A stretch of 64,000 nt of DNA from a virus. The notes under the pieces are model-generated. The model was not told where the DNA came from, ran no database searches, and saw nothing but the letters and a program-made list of their open reading frames with translations. A program made the position numbers and the translations under genes. The stretch spans positions 1 to 64,000 of the IMG/VR virus record IMGVR_UViG_3300028196_000007; one strand, given 5' to 3'. Positions 41,394 to 51,164 of this stretch are shown here, one piece after another (position 1 is the first letter of the stretch; each line of letters starts with the position of its first letter).

Positions 41394-43418
41394 CTATTCT
41401 GCTATTCTTAATGCAGTTTCTATACTTGTTGTCCAGTCTTGTTGAGATACAGAATGTTTTATACTTGTCACTTGAAACTGGTGCTTTACGGCAAGTACAG
41501 ATGACGTTTGGTCTGTTGTAAACATCATCCCCCAGTGCAGCCCTCCTATTCCATCAAACGTTCCATCAAAACCAATAGGTACTACAGTACCACCTACATC
41601 AGTTGGTGGTTTTATTTTATTCCAATATGCTTTCATAGCTCCTTTAACTTCATCAACAGCTTCATCGTCTCTATTATCAGCTAGCGTTGCCATTGCATCT
41701 TCAAGTGCTTTTTTAGGGTCTGCAGCTTCACCATCTCCACTTTTTGAAGTACCTCCTGAATCCGGACGGCATTTTTCACCAAAATTAAGAGTATTGTCAA
41801 GCTGCTGGTTTCCCATCATTGTATCTTTTATACCTTCAGCATAATCGAAGTACGCTCCTTGTGGTTCATCTGTATTTTTAGCTCCTTTTTTAGTTTTTCT
41901 TTGGGTTCCCATCATTATAGAATGTCGAAGTGCTTGAGGTATTTCAGTACTCATTCCCCAATTTCTACAAGACGTGTTACCATATATATTTAAGTTAGGA
42001 TAGGTTGTTATATTTGGTACATAGTTCTTGTCTATTATTCTCATTGTTGAAGGGTCTGACGGGTCGTCTACTAGTTCTATATTCCAAAAACCACCACACA
42101 CGTCGTTAACTTTTCTTGCAACTTTAAGTACATACTCATCTATTGTTTTAGAATCCTGAAATGTTTTCCAAAGAAAGAATGTGTTTAGAAGTACTCTTCC
42201 TAAGTACAAGTAACCGTTAGAATGAACTGCAGGTTTGGCTCCTTGCAGACCTTGTGCTTTTTTAATACCAAATGATGAACCATTATCACCGCCTGTTGCA
42301 TTTCCGCTATACCAGTGAAACCTACCTGGAATTAAACAAACCCATGGGTCAGCTGACGCATAAGGCAGACCTGCAGGACATTTCATTCTAGATTCTGAAC
42401 TATCAAGTCTCCATACAAAACCTTTGTTCCATTTTATCATATGTGATTCAATACCTACTGATTTAAGTACTTTACTTTTTGCGTGGCCTGGAGTTACTGG
42501 TGCCATACCTGAAACTATAGTTGACTCCCACCAGTTCCATGTCACATAATAATTCATAGTTGGAGAACCAAAAAATCCTGTTACGTTATCCCACCACGAT
42601 GTGTCTTCTTTTGCATCTTCATCTAGATTTACCGAACCTCCGGCATAAATCGTTTGTATTTTCCACGGATGGTTTTCTCTTATATTTCTTTCAGCAATAT
42701 CTTTTAGTGCAACTTTCATCCAATTTCCATTACCATCACCTTTGTCATCTTCTTCTTTACCAGCACAGCCTGCAGCTCCTTTATTTGAAACATCAATAGG
42801 TCCACTTATGTAAGCTTTACCTGGTGAATCTATTGTAATATCACACGAATAAGATTTTGTTGCAGGATCGAACGACCAATTGAAGTCTGATATAACACCT
42901 AGCATAGCATCCATACATCCTTTTTCTGCTTTAATCTTATCCTGTATATCTATCTGTCCTTGATTCCAACTTTCAAAACTTGTTGCAGAAAGCTTTGTTA
43001 TTGTTCCACCAGCAGAATCCATGTTCCAACCCCATTGAGCAAAAGCTGTAAGTCCTGGTACGAAGTAAGCACGCTGAGCTTTTTTAAGCTGGTCTAAAGA
43101 ATATAGCGTAAATTTAACTGTAGATTTTTTCATAGAACCGTTAGTACCTGTTGTATTAACTTCTATAGATTGTAATACAGGTGATGCAACAAGTCTTCCA
43201 CTAGCTGCTTTATCATAAAAATCTGATTGTTTTCTTTTTTCGTACCCTGCTATAGGCATTGGTTCGCTTGAAAAAGATGTTAGATGCATCCAGGGTTTCT
43301 TTGAAACTTTCCATTTAGATGCAGGATTTGCTTTACCTCTTGCATTTATTTCATCTGCCACTGCATCTGGAATAGTAGCATTATTCAAATAAAAAGATGA
43401 TGGTTTTTGCATTGCCAT
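41394..43418 (-). CDS. Putative baseplate hub protein
   Basis: Position after TMP; QWGW, G.IS.F.W, FQVTSIKHSV...W.T.I. Confidence 0.55.
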   Translation of the reverse strand: MAMQKPSSFYLNNATIPDAVADEINARGKANPASKWKVSKKPWMHLTSFSSEPMPIAGYEKRKQSDFYDKAASGRLVASPVLQSIEVNTTGTNGSMKKSTVKFTLYSLDQLKKAQRAYFVPGLTAFAQWGWNMDSAGGTITKLSATSFESWNQGQIDIQDKIKAEKGCMDAMLGVISDFNWSFDPATKSYSCDITIDSPGKAYISGPIDVSNKGAAGCAGKEEDDKGDGNGNWMKVALKDIAERNIRENHPWKIQTIYAGGSVNLDEDAKEDTSWWDNVTGFFGSPTMNYYVTWNWWESTIVSGMAPVTPGHAKSKVLKSVGIESHMIKWNKGFVWRLDSSESRMKCPAGLPYASADPWVCLIPGRFHWYSGNATGGDNGSSFGIKKAQGLQGAKPAVHSNGYLYLGRVLLNTFFLWKTFQDSKTIDEYVLKVARKVNDVCGGFWNIELVDDPSDPSTMRIIDKNYVPNITTYPNLNIYGNTSCRNWGMSTEIPQALRHSIMMGTQRKTKKGAKNTDEPQGAYFDYAEGIKDTMMGNQQLDNTLNFGEKCRPDSGGTSKSGDGEAADPKKALEDAMATLADNRDDEAVDEVKGAMKAYWNKIKPPTDVGGTVVPIGFDGTFDGIGGLHWGMMFTTDQTSSVLAVKHQFQVTSIKHSVSQQDWTTSIETALRIAE

Positions 43419-43420
43419 AA

Positions 43421-43825
43421 TTATTCCTCTTCTGTTTCAGGCTGCGGTGCCTGATATAACCTTTCTTTTAACATTGCTTGATATTCATCTATTATTTTAG
43501 GTAGTCTATCAGGATGAGGTATTCTAATTCTCTGTCCTGGTTTAACATACATTGAACCTTTACCTATTCCTTCTTTCATACTTGTTGTAATACCATAATT
43601 AGTAGATCTGTCAAGCTTATTTCCATTAGCTATAATCCACCACAGCGTTACGTCATCATAATATTGGTATGCTAAATTATCAAGTCTATCCTCTTGTAAC
43701 ACATCGATATAATAATCATCTACGTGTCGTTCTATTTTAGGATATATTATTGTTGCATAAACCTTTTTAGGTTTTAAATTAAATTTGTCAGTTCTTTTAG
43801 TTTTATTAGACTCATATCTTTTCAT
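43421..43825 (-). CDS. LysM/tail-X-like baseplate protein (gp53-like)
   Basis: DRLDNLAYQYY.D..LWWIIA..N; G..IRIP. Confidence 0.75.
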   Translation of the reverse strand: MKRYESNKTKRTDKFNLKPKKVYATIIYPKIERHVDDYYIDVLQEDRLDNLAYQYYDDVTLWWIIANGNKLDRSTNYGITTSMKEGIGKGSMYVKPGQRIRIPHPDRLPKIIDEYQAMLKERLYQAPQPETEEE

Positions 43826-43827
43826 TG

Positions 43828-46167
43828 TTAGCTCCAGATTTCAGATTTAAAGAATTGTCCACCAGATTGCCATATTGTACCATCTGCATTAACCAAGAAT
43901 TTACCACTCATTTTTATGTCAAATAACATAGGCAATTCTTTTCCTGAAGTTTCTTTACCTTCTCCATGATTTATATCCCAGCCTGCATCTAAATTTACAG
44001 TATAGTCAAAGCTGTCAACTATACAAGGTATATTATCCCAAAGATGTCCTACAGTTATTTTTTGGATTCTACCACCACCAACTTCGCTATACATTTTTGG
44101 TGATATATAACCCATAATACTGTTAAGTGTTTTGTAATTCTGCTTTAGTTCTTCAGATGTAAATGCGGGCATTGTTAAACCTAAGCTCCATTCTCTAGAT
44201 ATTTTATCGAACATATAAGCATTAACAGGATTACCTGCATATGATATCTCTGAGTATGATGGGCTAAGCTTGTCACTTATTTCTGTTATATAAGCACGTA
44301 ATTTAATATCATCGTTGAATCTTATTTTTACGTAATCTTTTCCATAATCTAAGTCAGATTCTGACTCACCTGGTTTTGTTGCGCCATAATCTTTTATTCC
44401 AATTCGTTTAACAGAATTATTTTCATAACTATCTGTATCATCTTTCTTTCTAAAATCTCTAAAAGATTTAGGGTTTCTTCTATGATTACCTAAGTCTATA
44501 TAACTAAATACTGAAAATTCTTTATCTCCACTTCCTGGATAAATCTCTCCACTGTTAGCAGGTGATTGTACATATAAGTTCTTATCTGTATTCTTTGTAG
44601 CTTTAGGTGCGCCTTGAGTATCTTCATCTATACCAAATTTAGATTGTTCGAAAGTTTCAAGGTCTGGGTTTCCATATTTATTATCACCTGCATCGTTTCC
44701 AAACTTGTCATGTATTCCAGAATAATCTTTTGTTTTGTACTTACCTTGATTAACTCCTGTTGGGTCGATGTCTCCTTCATGTTTTGGAAAGCCTTTCCAG
44801 CTATCAGTTGAATCCTGCACATAAGGTTCATATCCATTGTCGCCTTTAAAAGTAAGAATACCTAAAGATAAATCTTCATTGTCTTCACCTTTAGAAGCTT
44901 CTGATATTTTTCCGTCATCATAGTGAGTTGTAGCTTTCTGCTTGTAATAAGGTTCATCAGGTGTATACAGAAAAGTACTTTCTAATCTTCTACCAGATGT
45001 ATGTTTATATATTGTAGATTGTCCTATTCCAAAGAAAGAATGAGGTCCCATAATTCCTGATAGTCTTTTTATAGGTTGACCTACTCCTCTCATTTTTGCA
45101 AGCATTGTTGTAAATTTAGTGTAAAGCTTTTCTAGACCTTTTAGCTTTTGAGGCATTAAGCCTTTACGAGGATTTTTAAAAAACCCAACTTCCATATCTT
45201 CACCTAGCTTCACAAGTCTATTATCTCCACCAGGACTTCCAGGGTTTTTATTTTCTATTGCAGATACTATTCTTTCATATGTAATATCTCTAGGATTTAA
45301 TTGACCTAGTGAATGTCTGTCTCCGTGTATACCTAAAGCGCTTAATGGTACTTGAAGTGCTAAAGCTAGTGGATTGTATATTCTGTCAGCATTAGGTAAG
45401 CCTAGCTGCCAAAACTGTTTTTTAGGATTTGTTGCCTGAAGACCGAACTGTTTTAAGTTAAACAACAAGCCATCAGGGCTTACCATGTATTTAGCAATTC
45501 TAGCAGTATCTATTACTGGAGCTGTTAACATGTTTATTCTTTCAAATAATCCTGATGGATTATCTTTACCTCTCTGTATACCTCTCTGCATAAATGGTGA
45601 TTTTAGCCAAAGTGGAGACCTAGGGTTATTTCTTTCTGCTTCAGTTCTTATATCGACAAAATCATTTTTACCTACTTTTTTATAAAACTGGTCTACCTGG
45701 TCATTCTTAACCCTCATCTTTCTAATGTTGCCAGCAACTCCTGCAGGAATAGAATCATTACCATCCCAAGGTTCATCAGTTGGTCTAACTCTTGCGAAAT
45801 AGTTATTGTATTGCAATCTAGTAAATGTATTTGATGAACCACCTATAGGAAGTTTTTCATTAAACTTAAATTTTGTAGTACCATCTCTTTTATCAGGCTG
45901 TGAGTCTATTTTTAAAAAACCTGACGTCATATTATTCATGTGAGTTATTTTAGGTGTGCCTTGAGCTGCAAATATAGGCACTCTATCACCTGGCGTTAGT
46001 CCAGCAAATAATTGTAATAATGCGCTTTGCTTAGGTTTTACTTTAGCCATAGGTGATATAGGGTTTGTTGTAGAATGAGCATCACCAATTATTTTAGGAC
46101 TAATAATATCGTTCCTATTCTTTCCACTTAAGTAGTATTCTTCTAGATTTTTAAAATTAAATGCCAT
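43828..46167 (-). CDS. Putative baseplate/tail-tube initiator protein
   Basis: Position; C-terminal tube-like domain (LRAYIT.ISD, R.WS, ITVG, WDI, LP). Confidence 0.5.
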   Translation of the reverse strand: MAFNFKNLEEYYLSGKNRNDIISPKIIGDAHSTTNPISPMAKVKPKQSALLQLFAGLTPGDRVPIFAAQGTPKITHMNNMTSGFLKIDSQPDKRDGTTKFKFNEKLPIGGSSNTFTRLQYNNYFARVRPTDEPWDGNDSIPAGVAGNIRKMRVKNDQVDQFYKKVGKNDFVDIRTEAERNNPRSPLWLKSPFMQRGIQRGKDNPSGLFERINMLTAPVIDTARIAKYMVSPDGLLFNLKQFGLQATNPKKQFWQLGLPNADRIYNPLALALQVPLSALGIHGDRHSLGQLNPRDITYERIVSAIENKNPGSPGGDNRLVKLGEDMEVGFFKNPRKGLMPQKLKGLEKLYTKFTTMLAKMRGVGQPIKRLSGIMGPHSFFGIGQSTIYKHTSGRRLESTFLYTPDEPYYKQKATTHYDDGKISEASKGEDNEDLSLGILTFKGDNGYEPYVQDSTDSWKGFPKHEGDIDPTGVNQGKYKTKDYSGIHDKFGNDAGDNKYGNPDLETFEQSKFGIDEDTQGAPKATKNTDKNLYVQSPANSGEIYPGSGDKEFSVFSYIDLGNHRRNPKSFRDFRKKDDTDSYENNSVKRIGIKDYGATKPGESESDLDYGKDYVKIRFNDDIKLRAYITEISDKLSPSYSEISYAGNPVNAYMFDKISREWSLGLTMPAFTSEELKQNYKTLNSIMGYISPKMYSEVGGGRIQKITVGHLWDNIPCIVDSFDYTVNLDAGWDINHGEGKETSGKELPMLFDIKMSGKFLVNADGTIWQSGGQFFKSEIWS

Positions 46168-46168
46168 G

Positions 46169-49078
46169 TTATGCTCCTATAGGTCCTGATGCTAATTGAA
46201 TTACTTTACCTACTTCTTTTCCGTCCATAACCACTTTACCACCAGCTTGAATAACTGATATAAGTTCATCTAATTTCTTGATGATTTCATCGGAACCACC
46301 TGCGTTTTTAGTTTCTGATTGTGATTCTCCACCACCTTCTCCCATACCAAATAAACCAAGTGAACCTAGTTTTTCCATTACAGGCAAGAGAGGTACAAGT
46401 AATAATAATGATGCTGCAAATAAAGTTAAAGCTCCAGCCATCATAACAAATCCTAGTGAACCTGGAACTAAAGTTATACCTGCTAAACCTAATGCTGCTG
46501 TTCCTGCAGCGAAGCCTATCATATCTAAACCTAGAGGTATTGAGCCTAGAGCTGCACCATATCCTGGTAGTGCAAGTGATATAGCTGATAAACCTATTGT
46601 ACCTAATAGTATCGCAGGTAAGAATGCCCCTATTCCACCAACTGCTGCTCCTATGAGTCCTAGTCCTACACCGAATCCAATTATACCTTTAGGGTCTATT
46701 CCTGATAATCCTGATAGTGCTTCAACGGCTGGTTCTATTGCAAAGCCTAAAGCGTGTGCAGATAAAGCGCCTAATAGTATTGCAGGTAATAAGAAACCCA
46801 TCCCTGCTACTGCTGCAGCCATTAAACCAAGACCTACAGCAAATCCAGTAATTGCTGCAGGGTCAACTCCTGCTAGATTACTCATTGCCATTGCTGCAGG
46901 TATAATTGCAACACCTAATATTGCTAATGCCGCCGAACCTAGTGCAACCATAGGGAATATAAATCCTAAACCTGCAGCTGCAAGTCCTAGTATTGCTAGT
47001 GAACCTGAAAATGCAATCATAGCCATTGGGTCAACACCTTCCAATAATCCAAATGCTAATGCTGCAGGTATCATTGCAACACCTAATAATCCTAATACAA
47101 GTAATCCTTTTAAGATACTTGAAAATCCTTTCCCGAGTGATTTAAGACCTTGAGCTAAAAACTTAAAGTTTGTTGCCAACATAGCAAGTGGTACTAACCC
47201 CATAAACATTAAGAACGGTATCGATGGTAAAGCCAATAATAGTGCAGGTCCTGCTAATGCTAATGCTGCAATACCTTTAAATGTACCTTTACCCATCGAT
47301 CTAAGTCCAGCAGCAAGGTCTTGCATTTTCTTTTTAATGCCACCTTTTTTACCGCCAGCTCCTAATTTGTCTGATGAGCCTAGTTCTTTTTTACCCATGT
47401 CAGCCATATCTGCTGATTTGTCTTTACCGTGGCCTAACATCGAACCAAGCTTTGTAGATTTTAATTTATCTCCAACTTTACCGCCAAGTCCTTTTAATGC
47501 TGGAGCGAAAGAGCCTATACCTTTTGCCATAGAACCTAAAAGATTTCCTGTTGCTGCAAGTGTTGTTGCGTTTTCTTTTAGATATCCGCCATATCTTGCT
47601 GTAGCTTCTGCAATTGCAGCTGAGGTTGCTGATTGTTTTTCTCCTGTCTCTGTCAGACCTGCTGCTTTATTTAATTGCTTTTCAAGTTCTCCAGTAGTTA
47701 CACCCATTAACTCTGCAGCTTGTTTCTTCTGGTAATAATCCATTTGATTAAAGCCTTGTATGCCACCAAGCTGTCCTAGCATTTCTTTATATGCGCCTGA
47801 TATATCGCCTTCGTATATAAGTTGTTGTGCTTTATCTACATTTACTTGTCTACCAAGCATCACACTTAGCTCCATTGCGCTAGCCCTTGCATTGTCTATA
47901 TCCATTAACTTGTCGCCTAAAGCACTCATTTGGCTAAGTGAAGTTCCTAACTTTCCAGCCTCTACTGCCATATCACCTAATTGTGATACTGATATATTAC
48001 CGAACTTGGATGTGAGCTCCATGTTTTCTGCAACGTCTGACATTACTTTTCCTATAGGGAGGTTTGCACCACGTGCTAGATTTGAAACTGTTTTTAGTGT
48101 TTCTTTAGATTGAGCTATAGATGAACCTTCAACAAGACTCATATGACCAACAAGCTTACCTGCATTTATTTCTGATAAACCTGTCTGCCTTGCTATATTT
48201 CCAACTTGTACAACAGCACTTGCAGAAATATCTTTAAGACTTCCCATACCTTCAACAAGTCCTGCCATAGAATCAGCATTTTGCTTTGCTGATAATCCGA
48301 ATAGTGCACCTTGTATATTAGCACCTAACATTTCATCGGCCATTCCTGCCGTTTGTGTTCTAGACATACCAATAGCATCACCAGCACTCGACATAGTATC
48401 TGTAAACTTACTTGCCTGTCTTCCCATCTCTACAAGAAATAATCCTCTAGCTACTTTAGGGTCTGATATTATATCTTTAAAATCTTCAAATCTATCTCTG
48501 AATCCAGAAAAAGTCTTGTCAATTTCTTCATGTCTAGCTTTTTGTTTTTTAAGAGATTCTAATATTTTTGTATTTGGGTCTTGCAGTGCTTCTTTTTCCA
48601 GCCTCTGCTGTAATACAAAGTTAGATATTGCTTCTTCACTAGTAGCTCTTTGTTCATTTAACTTAGATGATAACAAATCATCTTGATATGCTTGATTTTT
48701 TGAAAGTGCTATTCTCTTTTGAGAATCATATGCAGATGCTATTGAAGCAACCTTAGCATTGTCTATATCTAGCTCCATTTGCATTTTCTGCAACCTGGAG
48801 TTTTGTATCATTTTTATCTTATTTTCATTTTCAGATAGAGCATCTACAATCTGACTTCGCTTCTCATACATTTGAGTAAGAAGCTCTTCTTTTTTAACCT
48901 GTTTATTTGCAGCTGCTAATATATTGTCCTTAGCATTTTCTTGTCTAGTAAGTATTGCAGATAGAGAAGTTTGTATACCTTGTTCTTTTTTGGCAGCTTC
49001 TATTCTAGCCTTCTCTCGCTTTTCTTGCGCCTCATAAAAGCGCTTCATGTTATCTCTATCTCTATCGTTCATTGCCAT
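46169..49078 (-). CDS. Tape measure protein
   Basis: 969 aa helical, Ala/Gly/Leu hydrophobic repeats, C-terminal VVMDGKEVG; follows tail chaperones. Confidence 0.85.
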   Translation of the reverse strand: MAMNDRDRDNMKRFYEAQEKREKARIEAAKKEQGIQTSLSAILTRQENAKDNILAAANKQVKKEELLTQMYEKRSQIVDALSENENKIKMIQNSRLQKMQMELDIDNAKVASIASAYDSQKRIALSKNQAYQDDLLSSKLNEQRATSEEAISNFVLQQRLEKEALQDPNTKILESLKKQKARHEEIDKTFSGFRDRFEDFKDIISDPKVARGLFLVEMGRQASKFTDTMSSAGDAIGMSRTQTAGMADEMLGANIQGALFGLSAKQNADSMAGLVEGMGSLKDISASAVVQVGNIARQTGLSEINAGKLVGHMSLVEGSSIAQSKETLKTVSNLARGANLPIGKVMSDVAENMELTSKFGNISVSQLGDMAVEAGKLGTSLSQMSALGDKLMDIDNARASAMELSVMLGRQVNVDKAQQLIYEGDISGAYKEMLGQLGGIQGFNQMDYYQKKQAAELMGVTTGELEKQLNKAAGLTETGEKQSATSAAIAEATARYGGYLKENATTLAATGNLLGSMAKGIGSFAPALKGLGGKVGDKLKSTKLGSMLGHGKDKSADMADMGKKELGSSDKLGAGGKKGGIKKKMQDLAAGLRSMGKGTFKGIAALALAGPALLLALPSIPFLMFMGLVPLAMLATNFKFLAQGLKSLGKGFSSILKGLLVLGLLGVAMIPAALAFGLLEGVDPMAMIAFSGSLAILGLAAAGLGFIFPMVALGSAALAILGVAIIPAAMAMSNLAGVDPAAITGFAVGLGLMAAAVAGMGFLLPAILLGALSAHALGFAIEPAVEALSGLSGIDPKGIIGFGVGLGLIGAAVGGIGAFLPAILLGTIGLSAISLALPGYGAALGSIPLGLDMIGFAAGTAALGLAGITLVPGSLGFVMMAGALTLFAASLLLLVPLLPVMEKLGSLGLFGMGEGGGESQSETKNAGGSDEIIKKLDELISVIQAGGKVVMDGKEVGKVIQLASGPIGA

Positions 49079-49084
49079 AATTTA

Positions 49085-49372
49085 TTAACTAAATATATCT
49101 GCCTTTGCCATTAAATCATCTGCTTTCTTAACAGCATCATCTGTAGCTTCTATTTTTTTTATTAAATCTTCAACAGCCTTTTTGCCTTTAGGTCCTGATG
49201 CAGCAATCTTTTCTAGATTAGCTTTAAATCTTTTGTCGTTTGATTTCTTAAGTATTCCTGATATGTGGTTCAAAACGCCATCAACTATACCTTCACGTGT
49301 AAGCTCACTGTTTTCTGAAAGTTTTTTAGAAATTATGTTTTTGATGTATTCTCGAAGTTCTTTGTTCTTCAT
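49085..49372 (-). CDS. Small late hypothetical protein
   Basis: KLSE/LTRE sites; class B motif at 49406. Confidence 0.55.
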   Translation of the reverse strand: MKNKELREYIKNIISKKLSENSELTREGIVDGVLNHISGILKKSNDKRFKANLEKIAASGPKGKKAVEDLIKKIEATDDAVKKADDLMAKADIFS

Positions 49373-49413
49373 GTATACTCTCCGTATTACGCTTAATTAG
49401 TTTTATATAAATA

Positions 49414-49656
49414 TCAACGTTTTCCGGATTTCGAGAAGCTTGGACGCTTAATAGATGTGTTACTTGAACTACCTTTTTTAGCTTTATCCATCTCCTCTCT
49501 TTCAGTTTTATGCTGATCGTTTAGTTTTCGTAAATAAAATAACCTAAGATATACAGGCATTTTATAAACGTCATCATGACTAAACCCACCATTAGAGAAA
49601 TACAGTAACTGAAATATCTGTTCGTGTAGAATGGCCTTATAATTAAGACCTAGGCC
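49414..49656 (-). CDS. Frameshift extension of the tail/baseplate chaperone (absent from ORF track)
   Basis: Open frame GLGLNYKAILHEQIFQLLYFSNGGFSHDDVYKMPVYLRLFYLRKL...; no proper start, begins at a T7 run. Confidence 0.65.
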   Translation of the reverse strand, partial: GLGLNYKAILHEQIFQLLYFSNGGFSHDDVYKMPVYLRLFYLRKLNDQHKTEREEMDKAKKGSSSNTSIKRPSFSKSGKR

Positions 49657-50503
49657 AAAAAAACTCTACGGTCATAGGTATAGATACTGAAGTTTCATGT
49701 CCGCATTCTTCGCATTCGAAATATATGTTCATATCAACATCAGGTGTTACCTTGTCAAGATTGTTTCTGAACGCTAATGAATCTCTAGATATAAACTCAT
49801 TTTCTACAAAATTGTTTATTGTCTTTCTAGTTTCATCACCATCAACTGCTACAATAAGCTGCTTTAATCTACTTGTTAAATCATAAGATATTGTAGATTG
49901 ATGCGTTTTCTTCTTCATTCTTTTTACCTCTGCTTGTATTTTTTCTTCATCAGCATGAGATAATAACTTAAATGTTAAAGTCTTTTTACTTAAAGGTAAT
50001 TCGAATTCAAATCTGTTTCCATTATCTACTATCTCTACATCTTTATTTTCTAATGTAGCAAGATCGATAGTCTCTTTTTGTTTATGACCACAAGCAGGAC
50101 AAGGTATTTCTACAGGATATTCTGCACCATAACCTAATACTCTGGCTGCAATCATTACTGCATTTTTATCACCTAGTAATAGGTCATCATAGTTTACTCT
50201 TTTGCCTTCACCGTTACCCATAATTAAAGAGCGTAAAAGCATATCAATAACCACACCTTTCTGTATAAGGTTTTGAGAAGTCAAGATGTCTTCTTCTTTT
50301 GCGGTCATGTACTTCATTTCTATCTTACCTGTTCTTAAAGGATGTCCTTCAGGATATAATAAACCTTTTGTTGGTAAGTCTATAATCTCAGTAGGGAATT
50401 TAGAGTCAGAAATATTCTTAATCTGAGTCTCTTCTATTAACTGTTCTTTTAAATCGTCTGTTGATAGTTCCTTTCCAGGATAATTGTCTGTCATTTTTGC
50501 CAT
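49643..50503 (-). CDS. Tail/baseplate hub assembly chaperone (T4 gp26-like)
   Basis: IDLPTKGLLYP, MTAKEEDIL, CPACG, CEECG, ends FFWP. Confidence 0.75.
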   Translation of the reverse strand: MAKMTDNYPGKELSTDDLKEQLIEETQIKNISDSKFPTEIIDLPTKGLLYPEGHPLRTGKIEMKYMTAKEEDILTSQNLIQKGVVIDMLLRSLIMGNGEGKRVNYDDLLLGDKNAVMIAARVLGYGAEYPVEIPCPACGHKQKETIDLATLENKDVEIVDNGNRFEFELPLSKKTLTFKLLSHADEEKIQAEVKRMKKKTHQSTISYDLTSRLKQLIVAVDGDETRKTINNFVENEFISRDSLAFRNNLDKVTPDVDMNIYFECEECGHETSVSIPMTVEFFWPRS

Positions 50504-50573
50504 AATATATAACTCCTTTTGTATTGTTTTGTATAACTAGTATATATAAATATATATGAACTTAAAAGTTTGC

Positions 50574-50600
50574 AAAAAAATAGCCTGAATTAACAGGCTA
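50574..50600 (-). terminator. Intrinsic terminator after tail tube gene
   Basis: TAGCCTG/CAGGCTA stem plus T7 on the minus strand. Confidence 0.75.
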
Positions 50601-50640
50601 CTTAATTTTAATATATGAAATTTGCCATCTATAAATCTTC

Positions 50641-51132
50641 TTAGTACTGTAGAATCCAGTAGTCACATCTTATAGTTAAAGCGATGATAGCCGGAACACC
50701 GTCATTTTCCCAAGATATTTCACCAAAGTCAGCATCTACAAGGAAAGCACCTTTACCAGTCCATTCTTCTACTTTATCACCTACAGGTCCAAGTACATTG
50801 ATTGTCACATCTTTCTTATAGAAGTCTGCGTAACCATTTCTACCTGTTACTGATTCGTGGTGAAGTCTTGCCCATTCCATAACAGCTTGTGCGCCTGATG
50901 GTACAATTGGGTCATATAACTCTACAGTTATAGCATCCCAATTACTTCTTCCTTTAATAAATCTTGAATTATTGATATGTTTTATTTCAGTTTCACCATT
51001 AACAAGTTTCGGTCTAGCCGCTTTTCTTATTAAGTATGAAGGTATACCATCTACGTAAAATACGAATCTGTTTGTTACCTTTGGCTCAAAGGCCGTGAAC
51101 ATTAGTTCTGTTGGGTCAATTAAATTTGCCAT
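50641..51132 (-). CDS. Tail tube protein (gp19-like)
   Basis: FEPK..NRF, YDPIVPS..Q.VMEW, YKKD, GPVGD.VEEW; follows sheath. Confidence 0.85.
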   Translation of the reverse strand: MANLIDPTELMFTAFEPKVTNRFVFYVDGIPSYLIRKAARPKLVNGETEIKHINNSRFIKGRSNWDAITVELYDPIVPSGAQAVMEWARLHHESVTGRNGYADFYKKDVTINVLGPVGDKVEEWTGKGAFLVDADFGEISWENDGVPAIIALTIRCDYWILQY

Positions 51133-51164
51133 TTTGTTTTATCTCCTATTTAGTATAAATATCA

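Noticed and set aside
46300-47300. Repetitive GC-richer DNA
   Set aside because: Explained by the Ala/Gly/Leu repeats of the tape measure protein
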